A DNA stretch of 64,000 bases. Origin: Octopus vulgaris. Lineage: Eukaryota. The position numbers were made by a program, and so were the translations under genes. Shown here piece by piece: positions 1-12,994 of the stretch; position 1 is the stretch's first letter; every line of letters begins with the position of its first letter. Location of the stretch: positions 68,572,001 through 68,636,000 of the forward strand of contig OX597822.1 of assembly GCA_951406725.2 (NCBI GenBank), in the 5' to 3' direction. The notes under the pieces were generated by a model. That model saw only the letters and a program-made list of their open reading frames with translations, was not told the origin of the DNA and did no database searches.

Positions 1-816
1 CATAGTAACGAAGCCAAAAGAACACAAAGTAAAACCGCTTGGCACAGATTCACCTTAAACTCTGCTGTAAATGTGCACGAGATTTTAACATTCTAACTCA
101 CTTCTGCTGTGTACAGCAATGCTTGGAAGGAAAGTGTGTAGTGCATGATCGTCACACTGACCATGACAGAGAAAGTTGAGCAGAGAATCTGCATCAAATT
201 TTGCCAAAAGCTTGGCAATACCTGCTCAGAGTCCTACACAAAATTTTCAAAAAGTTTTCATCGTTCTCGACACAATCAAGGAGATCTTGTGCAACTGAAA
301 CCTGAGTGTCTTTTTGGTCAGCTGAAAATAGTTTTGGCACAAATTTGGCAGACACGCGTCTCATACCCAAATCTTTAGTGATAATGACACTCAACTGAAC
401 TGTAACTAATCTGCACATTCTCTGATAACTCATGGATGGCAATTTGATGATTTTCCCTTACAGTTGCATACACACCTGTTCTGCTGGTTGCAGGTCTCCC
501 AGAATGTTCGTCAATATTGACATTTTTTTGGCCATCTTGGAAATGTCTGAACCACTCGTACACTTGTGTGGAGCTCATACACTCCTCTCCATAAACTTTC
601 TGCAACATTGCCCAAGCCTCTGAGCAAGTATCGCCTTGACAACTTTCTCTGTTATGGTCAATGCAACGATCACATGCTACACACCTTCCTTCCAAGCACT
701 GCTGTAACAGCAGAAGTGAGCTGGAATGTTAAAACAATAGAGCTCAAGGCCAATCTCTGCCAAGTGGCTTCACTCTACGTGCTTTAGCTTCATTACTACT
801 TATTGATCAGACCTAG
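1..816 (-). mobile_element. Mariner-derived fold-back element (degenerate transposase N-terminus, long inverted arms; left end lies outside the window)
   Basis: Minus ORFs give mariner HTH/linker peptides (QVYEWFRHFQDGQKNVNIDEHSGRP; DLGMRRVSAKFVPKLF). The plus strand repeats the start (MTEKVEQRICIKFCQKLG). 1-240 is an imperfect inverted copy of ~600-800. Right terminus ...CTTATTGATCAGACCTAG is followed by TA. Confidence 0.85.
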
Positions 817-863
817 TATACACACATATATGTATATACATACTCACACACACACACACACAC

Positions 864-1640
<777 letters not shown>

Positions 1641-1643
1641 ATA

Positions 1644-1984
1644 TAATCCAAATAAGACAAAGAAAGATGACTAGTTACAATTGATTCTTTACCACCCTGT
1701 TTTTAATACCAATCCATTCAAAAGATCCATATGAAAAGTTACAAAATATTCGTGGGTTTTAAACACTAGAGTAGCACTTCGTCAGACTTGCATTAAAAGA
1801 TGCGCTCTTACAAGGCAAATCTAGTGAAGTGCCACTTTAGTATTTAAAACTGCAAATATTACATAACTTTTCACATTGAGCTTTTTTGCATGTAATGACA
1901 TTAAAAACAGAGTTGGCATTGAAACAATTTTAAATGGTCATTAATGATGTGATAAACTATTTCTTTGTCTTCTAATTTGGATTA
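1644..1984. repeat. Imperfect ~340-bp palindrome, probably inverted Penelope-like terminal repeats
   Basis: TAATCCAAATAAGACAAAGAAA ... TTTCTTTGTCTTCTAATTTGGATTA; inner arms also pair; centre ~1810; degenerate CTGACGA and GAAACAATT motifs. Confidence 0.65.
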
Positions 1985-2168
1985 CATTTTACTTTCTGTT
2001 AGACTCATACATTGGTTTTACCGATGTGACACCTGGATTTTCTACACCTGAAGAATTTCAGTCTTAAGACTACAATTCAAGAGCATAGATAGCCTCAAGC
2101 TAGGGTTGAGTGCTGCACTGAGAATAATCCATTTCTACCCTTTCAACACAAACAAACACACATATATA

Positions 2169-2215
<47 letters not shown>

Positions 2216-2544
2216 TTGATACATAAATTTATAGATCTTCAGAGCACTGTTTGATTACATTAAAAATTTCAATTATAATTTGATTTTCTACTATGGTTAA
2301 CATTGTTTAGAACCTAATCCTCCAACTTGTTTTCTTCATATTAAAGATTTCAATTACGTCTTCATTTCAGCTTCATAGTTAAGGTTGTTTAAAGCATAAC
2401 ACTCAAACACTCAAATGTGGTAACAAGCAGATTAAGATTATTATAAATATCTTTTATTGACTTAATATTAGTTTGTTTTTTTTTTTAAATATATTAAAGA
2501 GGGAGTCCAATTTAAAAGGTAACAACCAATAATAACATACTCAC

Positions 2545-2620
2545 CACTAGCAGCAAAGAAAATGGTAGCAGAGAAACACTTACCTAAACAAACACAAAGA
2601 AAAAAAAAAGACCATTAGTA
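2545..2620 (-). other. Candidate 3' splice site / recursive splice site with 39-nt exon (2545-2583)
   Basis: Minus strand: TACTAAT branch point, GGTCTTTTTTTTTTCTTTGTGTTTGTTTAG, then GTAAGT at the start of a 39-nt segment, then GTGAGTAT. Confidence 0.55.
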
Positions 2621-2804
2621 TCTTAGTAACAAGAGTGAATGTTTATTTTTAACACAAAAGATGAAAGTTTTCTAATATTTATTTTATGAAACTTACAACA
2701 TAAAATGAAAATAAATGTAGTGTTGCATTTTGAATAAAGAGAAAGAAAATATAGAGTGAAAGAGTTGAGCCATATCAACCCCAGTACATGACCCTCATCA
2801 TCGT

Positions 2805-3000
2805 TATCATCATTTAACATTCTTTTTTCTGTGCTGCCATGGGTTGGGTGGTTCACCAAGAACAGAGGAGCCAGAGGGCTCCATCAGGTTCTATGTCTGC
2901 TTTGGTATGGTTTCTACAGTTGGATGCCCATCTTAATGCTAACCATTTAACAGAATGTATTGGGTGCCTTTTGAGTGACACCTCCATTGGTGGGGTTGCC
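2805..3000 (-). mobile_element. Family E fragment: RTE-type SINE/LINE tail ending in (GAT)n
   Basis: CATCAT..TTTAAC..CATGGGTTGG..GGATGCCC motif set. Further copies at ~3385, 14720, 16820, 22672, 25840, 46170, 49445 and 61963. Confidence 0.65.
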
Positions 3001-4553
3001 AAGTACCAGTAAGATAGGATCTCTAAACTGAGCAGAATATGGAGCTAAGCAGAGTACAGACAGAGACCCAGTACATATTTTATTTTGTGATTGGAAGAAT
3101 GGAAAATAAAAGTCGATTTCAGCTAGATTTGAACTCAGAGTGCAAAGGAACATAATTAAATACTGCAAGACATTTATCCAATGGACTACTGATTTTCGCC
3201 ATTCATCACCATAATAATAACTGCTTCTAGTTTAAGCACAAGGCCAGTAACTTTTAAGGGGAGGGGCTAAGTTGAATCAACTTAGCCCCTCCTTCATCAA
3301 CCCTCAGTAATTGATAGATGCTTTATTAGGATGATCCTGATGAGACAAAAGGCCAAGTTGACTTCAACAGGATTTGAAATCCTCCTCCTCATCATCGTTT
3401 AACGTCCGCTTTCCATGCTAGCATGGGTTGGCTGATTTCACTGAGGACTGGCAAACCAGATGGCTGTACCAGGCTCCAATCTGAAATCTTAATGTAAAGA
3501 GCTGGAAGTAATACTGATAGGCATTTTGCCTGATGGTTTACCAATTCTGATTAATCCCTCTTAAATAGTTTATACTATAGGTAAAAGGCCTGAAAATTAT
3601 AGGATTCATTGACTTGGAAGACATTAAAGGCAAAGTTTACCTCAGCAGGGTTTGATCTCAGAATGTAAGTTGATGCAAGACATTTTTTCTGGCACCCTAA
3701 CAATTCTGCCAAAGCATTTTACAGAAGGATTTGAACATGGCAGAGGGTAAGGTAGAGGGGAAAGAAATTGAGGTGAGAGGAGAGCTGAAGGATGAAAATG
3801 GGATTACTGAACAAAGAAGGGGTTAAGGAGTAGAAAGAAAGATATTCCTTTAAACCCATTGGTGCCATAATCCTAAGTTTGAATATGAAACATTGTTCCT
3901 TTTATTTCTTTAAGCACTTTTTCCTTTCACCTCACCCTCACATGCTTCTCTTTATCTTCCACTCTCCCTCTCTCATTTTGTTCTTCTCTTCTATGACTTT
4001 CTGTCTTTGCATGTAAGCTCACACTGTCTTCTGTTCCCCATCAGTTGCAGCCAGTTGCTGAACTGTTGAGGATATAAAACTCTAGATACTGCACTCTCCA
4101 TTGCAATTTCACTGTACTCTTTCCTTCACTTTTAACAGCACAAATCTTTCCAACACAGACCACCACCACCACCTTCCTTTGATTCCATTTTATCTGTTAG
4201 AATTAAGTATGATGACCACAAATACAGCACAGTGTTAGGATATAGACCAATAAACCTAAAACAGGTGTTTGTCTGCTATTTTATCAACTCAGCTACCCAT
4301 CTGTGGTTCTTAAATAGTCACTCACAGGAACAGATCATTCTTCAGTCTAGTAAAACTAATACTAGAAACAATCATTCTTCATTCCAGCTGTGAAAGACCT
4401 ACAAATCATACTGGTATGTAATTAACACAAAAGCAGAACATTAACTAGGACAATAACTTCTTCAAAGTTGAATAAACAACATTAATACAGTCTCATACAC
4501 AAAAGACACTATTTTCCTTTTAAACTTTCCCACCCACTCACCCACACTCCAAA

Positions 4554-4800
4554 ATGTCTACTACTGCAGCTGCTGCTGCTACTACTACTACTACTAAAGC
4601 CTCTGCTGCTGCTACTACTAATATTACTACTACAGCTGCTGCTGCTGCTGCTACTACTACTACTACTGTTGTTGCTACTACTACTAATACTACTACAGCT
4701 GCTGCTACTACTACTGCTGCTGCTGCTACTACCACAACCACTACTACTACTACTACTACTACTACTGCTACTGCTACTGCTGCTGCTGCTGCTGCTTATT
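4554..4800. repeat. Mixed (CTA)n/(CTG)n trinucleotide tract
   Basis: Directly visible; source of the poly-S/T/A/L/V ORFs. Confidence 0.95.
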
Positions 4801-4880
4801 CCAACTGCTTGTTCCACGACAAGCTATAAAATATGCAGTTTCTTCAGTTATATTCCAAAAGATTTCTGGAGATCTTTCAT

Positions 4881-5250
4881 CTTTTACTTGCTTCAGTCAT
4901 TCGACTGTGGCCATGCTGGGGTTTAGCCGAACAATTTGACCCCGTTACTTACAGTCTGATATTTATTTTGTTGATCTGGTTTGTCAAACTGCTAAGTTAT
5001 GAGGACATAAATCAAAACCAATTGCTGGGCAGCAGGGAGTACAAAGACACAATGACATGCATACGCGCGCACGTGTGTGTGTATGTATGAGTGTGTATAC
5101 ACAACAGGATTCCACACAGTTTCTGTCTACAAAATTCACTCACAAGGCATTGGTTGGATCGGGGCTATAATAAAAGACACTTCACAAAGGTGCCATATGG
5201 TGGAATTGAACCATGAAACCATATGATTACAAAACAAGCTTCTAAACCAC
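4881..5250 (-). mobile_element. tRNA-derived SINE family A (diverged copy)
   Basis: Matches the family A consensus seen intact at 28970-29355 and 57426-57810. Confidence 0.8.
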
Positions 5251-5459
5251 ACTATTTTAAATAAATACAACTGAAAACCATTGTGTTTTTGCAACTCTGC
5301 CAATGGAATATGGATCTGGAGATCAATTAAAGCAACGATAACCGTTACTTCTTAACCACAACCAAGCTTCTTAATCACACATCCATTCCTATGCCTAGAG
5401 CTGAAAGCTACTTTTGAATTTCATTCTATATTCCTCAGTCCCCAAAAGGAATTTATACC

Positions 5460-6170
5460 TTTTACTTGTTTGTCATTAGACTGTGGCCATACTGGGGTAC
5501 TACTTTGAAGAATTTTAGTGGAGCAAATCGATCCCAGTACTTTTTTTTTAAGCCATGTACTTATTTTATTGGACCCCTTTGCCAAACTGCTAAGTTATGG
5601 GGAAATAAGTACATCAACACTGGTTGTCAAGCAGTGGTAGGAGACAAACAAATACACACACACATACACACATGAACACACACACAGAGTTACAATGGGC
5701 TCTCTCTTTGTCCTTTTCAAGCCTAGCCAGGCTCATTGGCCCGGTTTCTGTGGTGTATGTGTTCCCCCCAGCTGGACGGGATGCCAGTCCATCGCAGCAT
5801 TACTCAAGAAACAGGAAGAGAGAATGAGAGAAAGTTGTGGCGAAAGAGTACAACAGGGGTCACCACCACCCCCTGCCAGAGCCTTGTGGAGCTTTTAGGT
5901 GTTTTCACTCAATAAACACACATAACGTCCGGTCTGGGGATTGAAACTGCGATCATCCCATTGTGAGTCCACTGCCATAACCACTTGGCCATTGCGCCTC
6001 CACACAATGGGCTACTTTCAGTTTTAATCACTTATACCCACTCACAAGGCTTTGGTCAGTTCGAGGCAAGATTAGAAGACACTTGCCAAAGGTGCAACAC
6101 TGTGGACTGAACCTGAAACCATGTGATTGGGAAGAAATTTTCTTAACACGCAGCCACGCCTCTGCACCTA
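5460..6170 (-). mobile_element. SINE family A interrupted by a second SINE
   Basis: Family A tail 5460-5700 and head 6004-6170. Confidence 0.85.
5702..6003 (-). mobile_element. tRNA-headed SINE with V-domain-like segment (family C/V), nested in family A
   Basis: 10-bp TSD ACAATGGGCT (5692-5701, 6004-6013); GCGATGGACTGGCATCCCGTCCAG resembles the V-SINE domain; A/B-box-like head. Confidence 0.85.
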
Positions 6171-7059
6171 CTTGAAGTTCAGATCATGCAACACTGGAGA
6201 CAATATTACCTCTGAACTAAAAACTAAAAATGAGGCAGGTTAAATTGTCAATGTATTTGATCACCATCAGTCTTCTCAAATTCTAGTCTTTATATTTGAT
6301 TACATTTCAACTAAATCAGTGTGAAAGCTAATCTGATAAAAGAATATTCAAAAACACATGCAACTATGACAATCCTTAGTCACTAAAGAATGTTCTGAAT
6401 GTCTTTGAGAATGCTCCGCCACCACCTATCACTAATCCTGTTCAACATGATATTGTGCAGATAAGTTTAGACCTACTGGGTAGGTTACAAGTGGGAAAAT
6501 TAGAGTGTGTGAGAAAGCGCCAGTGATTTATTTCTGCCTGGAGGGTGCAGCTGGGAGAGGAAATAGCGCCTGGAATGGAGGATGGATGGGGGCTAGGATA
6601 CACTGATCCTTATTTAGTAGCAATTCCAACCACCTTTGCTTTTTTTATTATATATATTACATCATCACCCTTTCTCTGTCTATCTGTCTTTCATCCTTCT
6701 GTTTACTGTATCATTATTACTATTTCTGCTGCTCCACACAATCAGACATCCCCTACTCATTTCTGATGCCACTGTTCCACCCTTTCCTACCCACCTTCAT
6801 ACTTTGAAGGACCATGCCGTTGACACCACCCCATCAATTTTTTTTTTATCACTTTCCAGCACCATCTGATCACTTCTACCTTCTCAAAATGTGAATAGTC
6901 ACATAAGTTTTTCTACAATAAAAAACCAGTTCTGCTATGGTTATTTTCTCTCATATTTTTAAGAGCCTATGAAACAATACTAATAGAGCACTGGGGTCAA
7001 TATAATTGACAAGCCCCCAAAATTTCAGGCCTTGCACCTATAGCAGAAAGGATTATTAC

Positions 7060-7099
<40 letters not shown>

Positions 7100-7635
7100 G
7101 AGTGAGAGAGCAGTGCATGTCATCAAAGTGATACTGGGGTAAAATATACAAAGCCCAGTACACCCATCATGACTACCTGTCTGATAAGGATACACTAGGC
7201 ACATGCATAACAACCATATGTGCACAACACGGTGATCTCATATCAAGATAAACAGCACATGACCTTGCAGGTGGGGCCCAGTTTGAATTTTCTTCAGGTC
7301 GAGTAACCCATCCCACTCAAAAGGTCTCTGAATAAGGGTTGCTTAAGGATGTTGAACGAAACACCCATGTTTCCAGGGGGAATTATTCAAACGCCAAAGA
7401 ATCCCTCTCAACACATGGCTATGATGCTCCCCCACAACTTCTGCCCGTGATCAGAGATGCACATACCATCAGCCACTAAGGGACATGGTCAACTGATTAC
7501 AGTCAAACAACTGACAAGCAAATCTGTGGTGTTGAACGGAATATTTGCTGTAGCCCATCTTTTATACCAAGACAAAACAATGTACATGATAACACTTCCA
7601 ATCAGTTAAGATCAGAAGCCATGAGAGCCACTGCC
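7100..7635 (-). mobile_element. Interspersed repeat family H inserted in (TTA)n
   Basis: Closely similar second copy at 37490-37914; flanked on both sides by (TTA)n. Confidence 0.8.
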
Positions 7636-7900
7636 TTTATTATTATTATTATTATTATTATTATTTTTATTATCACTATTATTATTATTGTTATTATTAA
7701 GGTGGTGAGCTGGCAGAATTGTTAGCATGCCAGATAAAACTTTGCCTTTCATCCCTTCCAGAGTGAATAAAAATAAGTACCAGTCATGTACTGGGATTGA
7801 TGTATTTGACCTACCCCACTGCCCCGAAATTGTTGGCTTTCTGCCAAAATTTGAAACCATTGTTGTTCAGTTCAAAGAGAAGATAGGGATGAAAAAGGAG

Positions 7901-8173
7901 CAGGGCTGTGGAGTCGAAACAAAAAACTTTGACTCCGACTCCTGTGTTATTGGCACCTCCGACTCCGACTCCTCTTTATGTAATTAAGTGACTGTGGTCT
8001 ACATATCTCATAAAGCATATGTATACGCTTGTACTTTGAGTAGGCCTAAACGTTATAGCTGGTTTATATTAAAGAATAAAGACATTGTGAGTCGGAATCA
8101 GAGTTGGTATAGTTTTACCGACTCCGACTCCAGCTACCCCTTTATTGCTTCCAACGCCGACTCCACAGCCCTG
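7901..8173 (+). mobile_element. hAT-type MITE
   Basis: 16-bp TIRs CAGGGCTGTGGAGTCG/CGACTCCACAGCCCTG; subterminal GACTCC repeats; second copy at 23087-23413. Confidence 0.9.
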
Positions 8174-8554
8174 GAAAAGAGGAAAGATGAATAAGGTGAA
8201 GAAGAGGGGGAAGAGTGGAGATTATATTATTTTTTTTTTATCTTTGTACTGACTGACTTGAAATCTAACAAACACAATTAGGAATTGTCGTTTTTTTCTA
8301 ATTGAGAATATAATACATAAATGATGAAGAGAGAGAGAGAGAGACAGACAGACACCTAAATATTAAATACACACACACACATATATATATATACACACAC
8401 ACACACATATATATATGGCACAGATATGGCTGTGTGGTTAAGAAATTTGCTTCCCAACTACATGCTTTCAGGTTCAATCTCATGGGACAATATCTTAGAC
8501 AGTTGTCTTCTACTTTAGCCCTAGACAAAGAAAAACCTTGTAAAATAATTTTGT

Positions 8555-9315
8555 GGGTGTAGAAGTTGCTGTGTGGTAAGCAGCTTGCCTACCAACCACA
8601 TGGTTCCGGGTTCAGTCCCACTGCATGGCACCTTGGGCAAGTGTCTTCTACTATAGCCTCAGGCCGACCAAAGCCTTGTGAGTGGATTTGGAAGATGGAA
8701 ACTGAAAGAAGCCCATTGTATATCTCTCTCTATATAAACGGCAGTTTGTCTGTGCGTGTTTCTGTGTGTCTGTTTGCTTGTACCTTCACCCTGACCACGG
8801 CTTTCAACCGATTCTGATGAAACTTGACACACACATAGCCCAAAGTCATAATTCAAAACTAACGCAGCGAAAATTTTGAAAACTTCCCCCAGTTCTGAAA
8901 AAAATCGATAAATTCGACATGGGGTCCAGAATCAGAAACACAAACTGTCTAGGGGACGCAACTCCACCTTTTTTAACTAAAAAAAAAATTTACCATCATT
9001 TTTTTCCATTTTTTTGGCTATAACTCTCTAAAAATGCTTTATAGTTATTTCCCTTACAAATCTGAGCAACGCCGGGCGATACTGCTAGTATGTATATAAA
9101 TATATATGTGTGTATGTGTGTCTGTGTTTATCCCCCCCCAACATCGCTTGACAACCGATGCTGGTGCGTGATGCTTAGTGGTTCGGCAAAAGAGACCGAT
9201 AGAATAAGTACTAGTCTTACAAAGAATAAGTCCTGGGGTCGATTTGTTCGACTAAAGGCAGTGCTCCAGCATAGCCACAGTCAAATGACTAAAACAAGTA
9301 AAAGAGTAAAAGAGG
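8555..9315 (+). mobile_element. SINE family A interrupted by a Helitron
   Basis: Head 8555-8720, tail 9089-9315 ending GAAAC-like/AAGTAAAAGAGTAAAAGAG. Confidence 0.9.
8723..9088 (+). mobile_element. Non-autonomous Helitron
   Basis: Starts TC after A, ends CTAG before T, no TSD; GC-rich hairpin TCTGAGCAACGCCGGG about 10 bp before the 3' end. Confidence 0.8.
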
Positions 9316-10039
9316 CAGGCACTGGCTGGAAGAAGCCCATCTTGTGTGTGTGTGCATATATATACAGATGCATGTGTGTGTATACAGACATGTGTGTGTA
9401 TACATACATGTGTGTGTGTCTGTGTGTTTGTTTTGCATATTCTCCAAATACTGCAAGCTACAAGTGGTGACACTATTTGTCATATTCCTCCCGTTAACGA
9501 ATTGTACACCTCTTCAGAGACATGTGAAATAAGAAATCCTTTACAGGGGTGGCAGGGACACACAGCTAAGTGTTAATGACAGGATGAGCATCTAACTGTA
9601 AAGCACTGCCTTGATAATGTCATTCATCTAACCCATGCTGGTATAGAAAGTCCAGATGTAAAAACAAAATGAACACACACACACACACAGGGCTCTGAAA
9701 GGCTTGTGGTTTGATATCTGGAAGTGCTCTCAATTCTAAAGCACATCATGACAAATATGTTAGGCCTCACCTTCACACCTACACATGCATGAGTAACTTG
9801 AAATCAAATAAACAGTTTTGTTATTTCCTTCCAAAGACACTTTTCATGGTCCAAAGGAATGTATAGGATATATGAAAATAAAAGGAAAAAAGGAATATGG
9901 GGAGGGTTTTTTTCCACTCTTTTAGGGGTAAAATTCAACTTTCTGAAACCCATAAAAGTTGAAATGTCTTAATGTTTTAATTAACTTTGTTACCAATAAG
10001 GTGTTGTTCTCTCTCTCTCTCTCTCACACACACACATAC

Positions 10040-10920
10040 AGGTGCAGTTAAGAAGCTTGTTTTGCAAACATGTGGGTTGTGAGTTCAATCCTAATGCATG
10101 ATGCCTTGGGCAAGTGTTTTCCACAATAGCCTCAGGTTGACCAATGCTTGTAAGTGAATCTAGTAGACAGAAATTCTATGGAAGCCAGTCATGTGTGTGT
10201 GTGTGTGTGTGTCTTTTTGTATTTGTGTTATGTTTGTCCCCCATGACCAAATGATGACAAGAGCCAATTTGTTTGTCCCCGTAAGTTAGAAGCTCAGCAA
10301 AAAAGATTGATGGAATAAGTTTTGGGGTCAGGTTCTTTGACTACACTCTTCAAAACAATGCTCCAGTGTGGGTCAATGAATAAGACAAATAGAAGATAGA
10401 TAAATATATGTATTCTTTTATTTCATGGCTGCAGTCATTTTGCTGGAGTACCGCCTTTAGTCGAACAAATCGACCCCAGGACTTATACTTTGTAAGCCTA
10501 GTACTTATTCAATCGGTCTCTTTTGCCGAACTGCTAAGTTATGGTGACATAAACACACCAACATCGGTTGTCAAGTAATGGTGAGGGAGACAACCACACA
10601 CACATATATATATATATACAATGGGCTTCTTTCAGTTTCCATCTACTAAATCAATTCACAAGCTTTTGGTCAGCCGAGGAAGTCTTGAAATATCCATTAA
10701 AAGTGATGATGGAAAGACAAATACAGTCACACAAACATACACACACACACACACACACAATGGGCTTCTTTTCAGTTTCTGTCTCCCAAATGTACTCACA
10801 AGGCTCTGGTTAGCCAGAGGCTATAGTAGAAGACACTTGCCCAAGGTGCCACATAGTGGGACTGAACCCAGAGCCGTGTGTTTGGGAAGCAAGCTTCTTA
10901 CCACACAGCCACTCCTGCGC
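10040..10920. mobile_element. Two tail-to-tail SINE family A copies (+ 10040-10400; - 10415-10920)
   Basis: Both match family A; the minus copy has a repeated internal block at ~10618 and ~10757. Confidence 0.8.
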
Positions 10921-11679
10921 CTAATAGCCACACCTATTCTAGAAGTATAATTAATTTATTGCTCGTAAACTTTAACAACAAAACTTTATGTGGACCCTCA
11001 GCAAGGATCTTGTGGACCCTTGTTAGGGACCACTGGTTTAGAGCTACTGCATCAAACAAAGTGAAATCCCATAATGTTGTTGTTACTATTGCTGCTGGTG
11101 GTAGTGATGATGGTGATGATGGTGATAGGAAATATCTGAATGGTGTTGCCTTCTCTCTTCATAATGCAGTTTCTGTTTCCCAAGTCAGAAGATTTTAATG
11201 AAAATATCTAATTGTCCAGACAATAAGAAAAGCTCTTGTTTTCTTAATTCTATTTTGGTCTGAATTAATTAATCAAAGAACTTGCTGATTAGATAATCCC
11301 AAAAATGGTTAGAAGTTTGACAACTTTTTTTTGTTTTGTTTTGCAAAACAGCTTAACTGTGTGTGTGTGTGTGTACACATGTGTATGAGAGATAGGGGGA
11401 TGGATGGGGAGAGAGAGAGCAAAGGAAAGTGAGCAACGTGTACCAAGCTATTATAGCAGTGTGTGAAACAGAGAGAAATTTAGCTCATAAAACCATGGCC
11501 TGCTTCCCATTATTTTATTGCACAAAGATGTTTAGTTGAAGTGAAACAAACCAACAAAAATAACAAAAAAAAAGCTTTTTTCTTTTTTTCATTTTTCCCA
11601 AATTTTTGAAAGGTAAAATAATTCATGTAAGATTGTAATTTTTCAGGTTATTAACCTTGTATTTAATTTGTATTTCTTT

Positions 11680-11985
11680 TTTTACTCTAGGCATAAAGCC
11701 TGTGAATTTTTGGGGATGGGTGCAGTCGATTAGATCTACCCAGTACACAACTGGTGCTTAATTTATCAACCCTAAAAGGATGAAAGGCAAAATCGACCTT
11801 AGTGGAATTTGAACTCAGAACGTAGAGACTAACGAAATACTGCTAAGCATTTCACCCAGCATGCTAACGTTTCTGCCAGCTCGCTGCCTTTAAATATTCT
11901 TTTTCACTCTAGGCACAAGGCCTGAAATTTTGGGGGTGGAGGCCACTCAATTAGATTGACACCAGTATGCAACTGGTACTTAATT
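11680..11985 (-). mobile_element. SINE family B (Deu/Nin-like core), one full and one partial copy
   Basis: GAGCTGGCAGAAACGTTAGC head, GAGTTCAAATTCC B box, GCCTTTCATCCTTTCGGGGTCGATAAA..AGTACC-type core. Confidence 0.85.
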
Positions 11986-12369
11986 TACTCTTTTACTTGT
12001 TTCAGTCATTTGACTGTGGCCATGCAGGAGCACCGCCTTTTAGTCGAGCAAATCGACCCCAGGACTTATTCTTTGTAAGCTTAGTACTTATTCGATCGGT
12101 CTCTTTTGCCGAACCGCTAAGTTACAGGGACGAAAACACACCAGCATTGGTTGTCAAGCGATGTTGGGGGAAGAAACAAAGACACACAAACATACATATA
12201 AGAACCACATAGTTCCAGGTTCAATCCCACTGCGTGGCACCTTGGGCAAGTGTCTTCTACTATAGCCTCGGGCCGACCAAAGTCTTGTGAGTGGATTTGG
12301 TAGACTGAAACTGAAAGAAGCCCGTCATATATATATATGTATATATATATCATCATCATCATCATAAGC

Positions 12370-12402
<33 letters not shown>

Positions 12403-12580
12403 ATATATATATATATATATGACGGGCTTCTTTCAGATTCAGTCTACCAAATCCACTCACAAGACTTTGGTCGGCCCGAGGCTATAGTAGAAGACACTTG
12501 CCCAAGGTGCCACGCAGTGGGATTGAACCTGGAACTATGTGGTTCATAAGCACTTACCACACAGCCACTCCTATACCTAT
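11985..12580 (-). mobile_element. SINE family A containing an internal inverted duplication
   Basis: 12202-12365 is the reverse complement of 12371-12545. Confidence 0.9.
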
Positions 12581-12994
12581 TCCACTTGTGACCATCCCAT
12601 CTTGTACATTGAATCCAGAACCAACTGTTCTAATTTATCAACACCAAAAGGATGAAAGGCAAAGTTGACCCCAGTAGAATTTGAACTCAGAACATAAAGA
12701 TAGACGAAATACCACTAAGCATTTTGCCCAGCGTGCTAACAATTCTGCCAGCTCACTGCCTTATTTAGTTTGTATATTAACTGAAGCAGATTTGAAGAAT
12801 AACTTAGGATTATCTATCTTTTGCATATTTCAACACATCCTCATATAATTTCCTGCTATTTTAATATGGAGCCAAGCATTTCACCTGCACATTTCAGAAC
12901 AAATAAACCAAAAATGGATTTTGATTGAAAACCAACTCACAACTTACATAAGACACAAACCCTCTCCAGAAAACAACGAAACTGCCATTATCTT

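Noticed and set aside
4509-4926. Poly-Ser/Thr/Ala mucin-like ORFs
   Set aside because: Trinucleotide repeat open in several frames on both strands; no splice or domain support.
12117-12549. Recurrent peptide DGLLSVSVYQIHSQ..EDTCPRCHAVGL suggesting a gene family
   Set aside because: Antisense translation of SINE family A; recurs wherever the SINE does.
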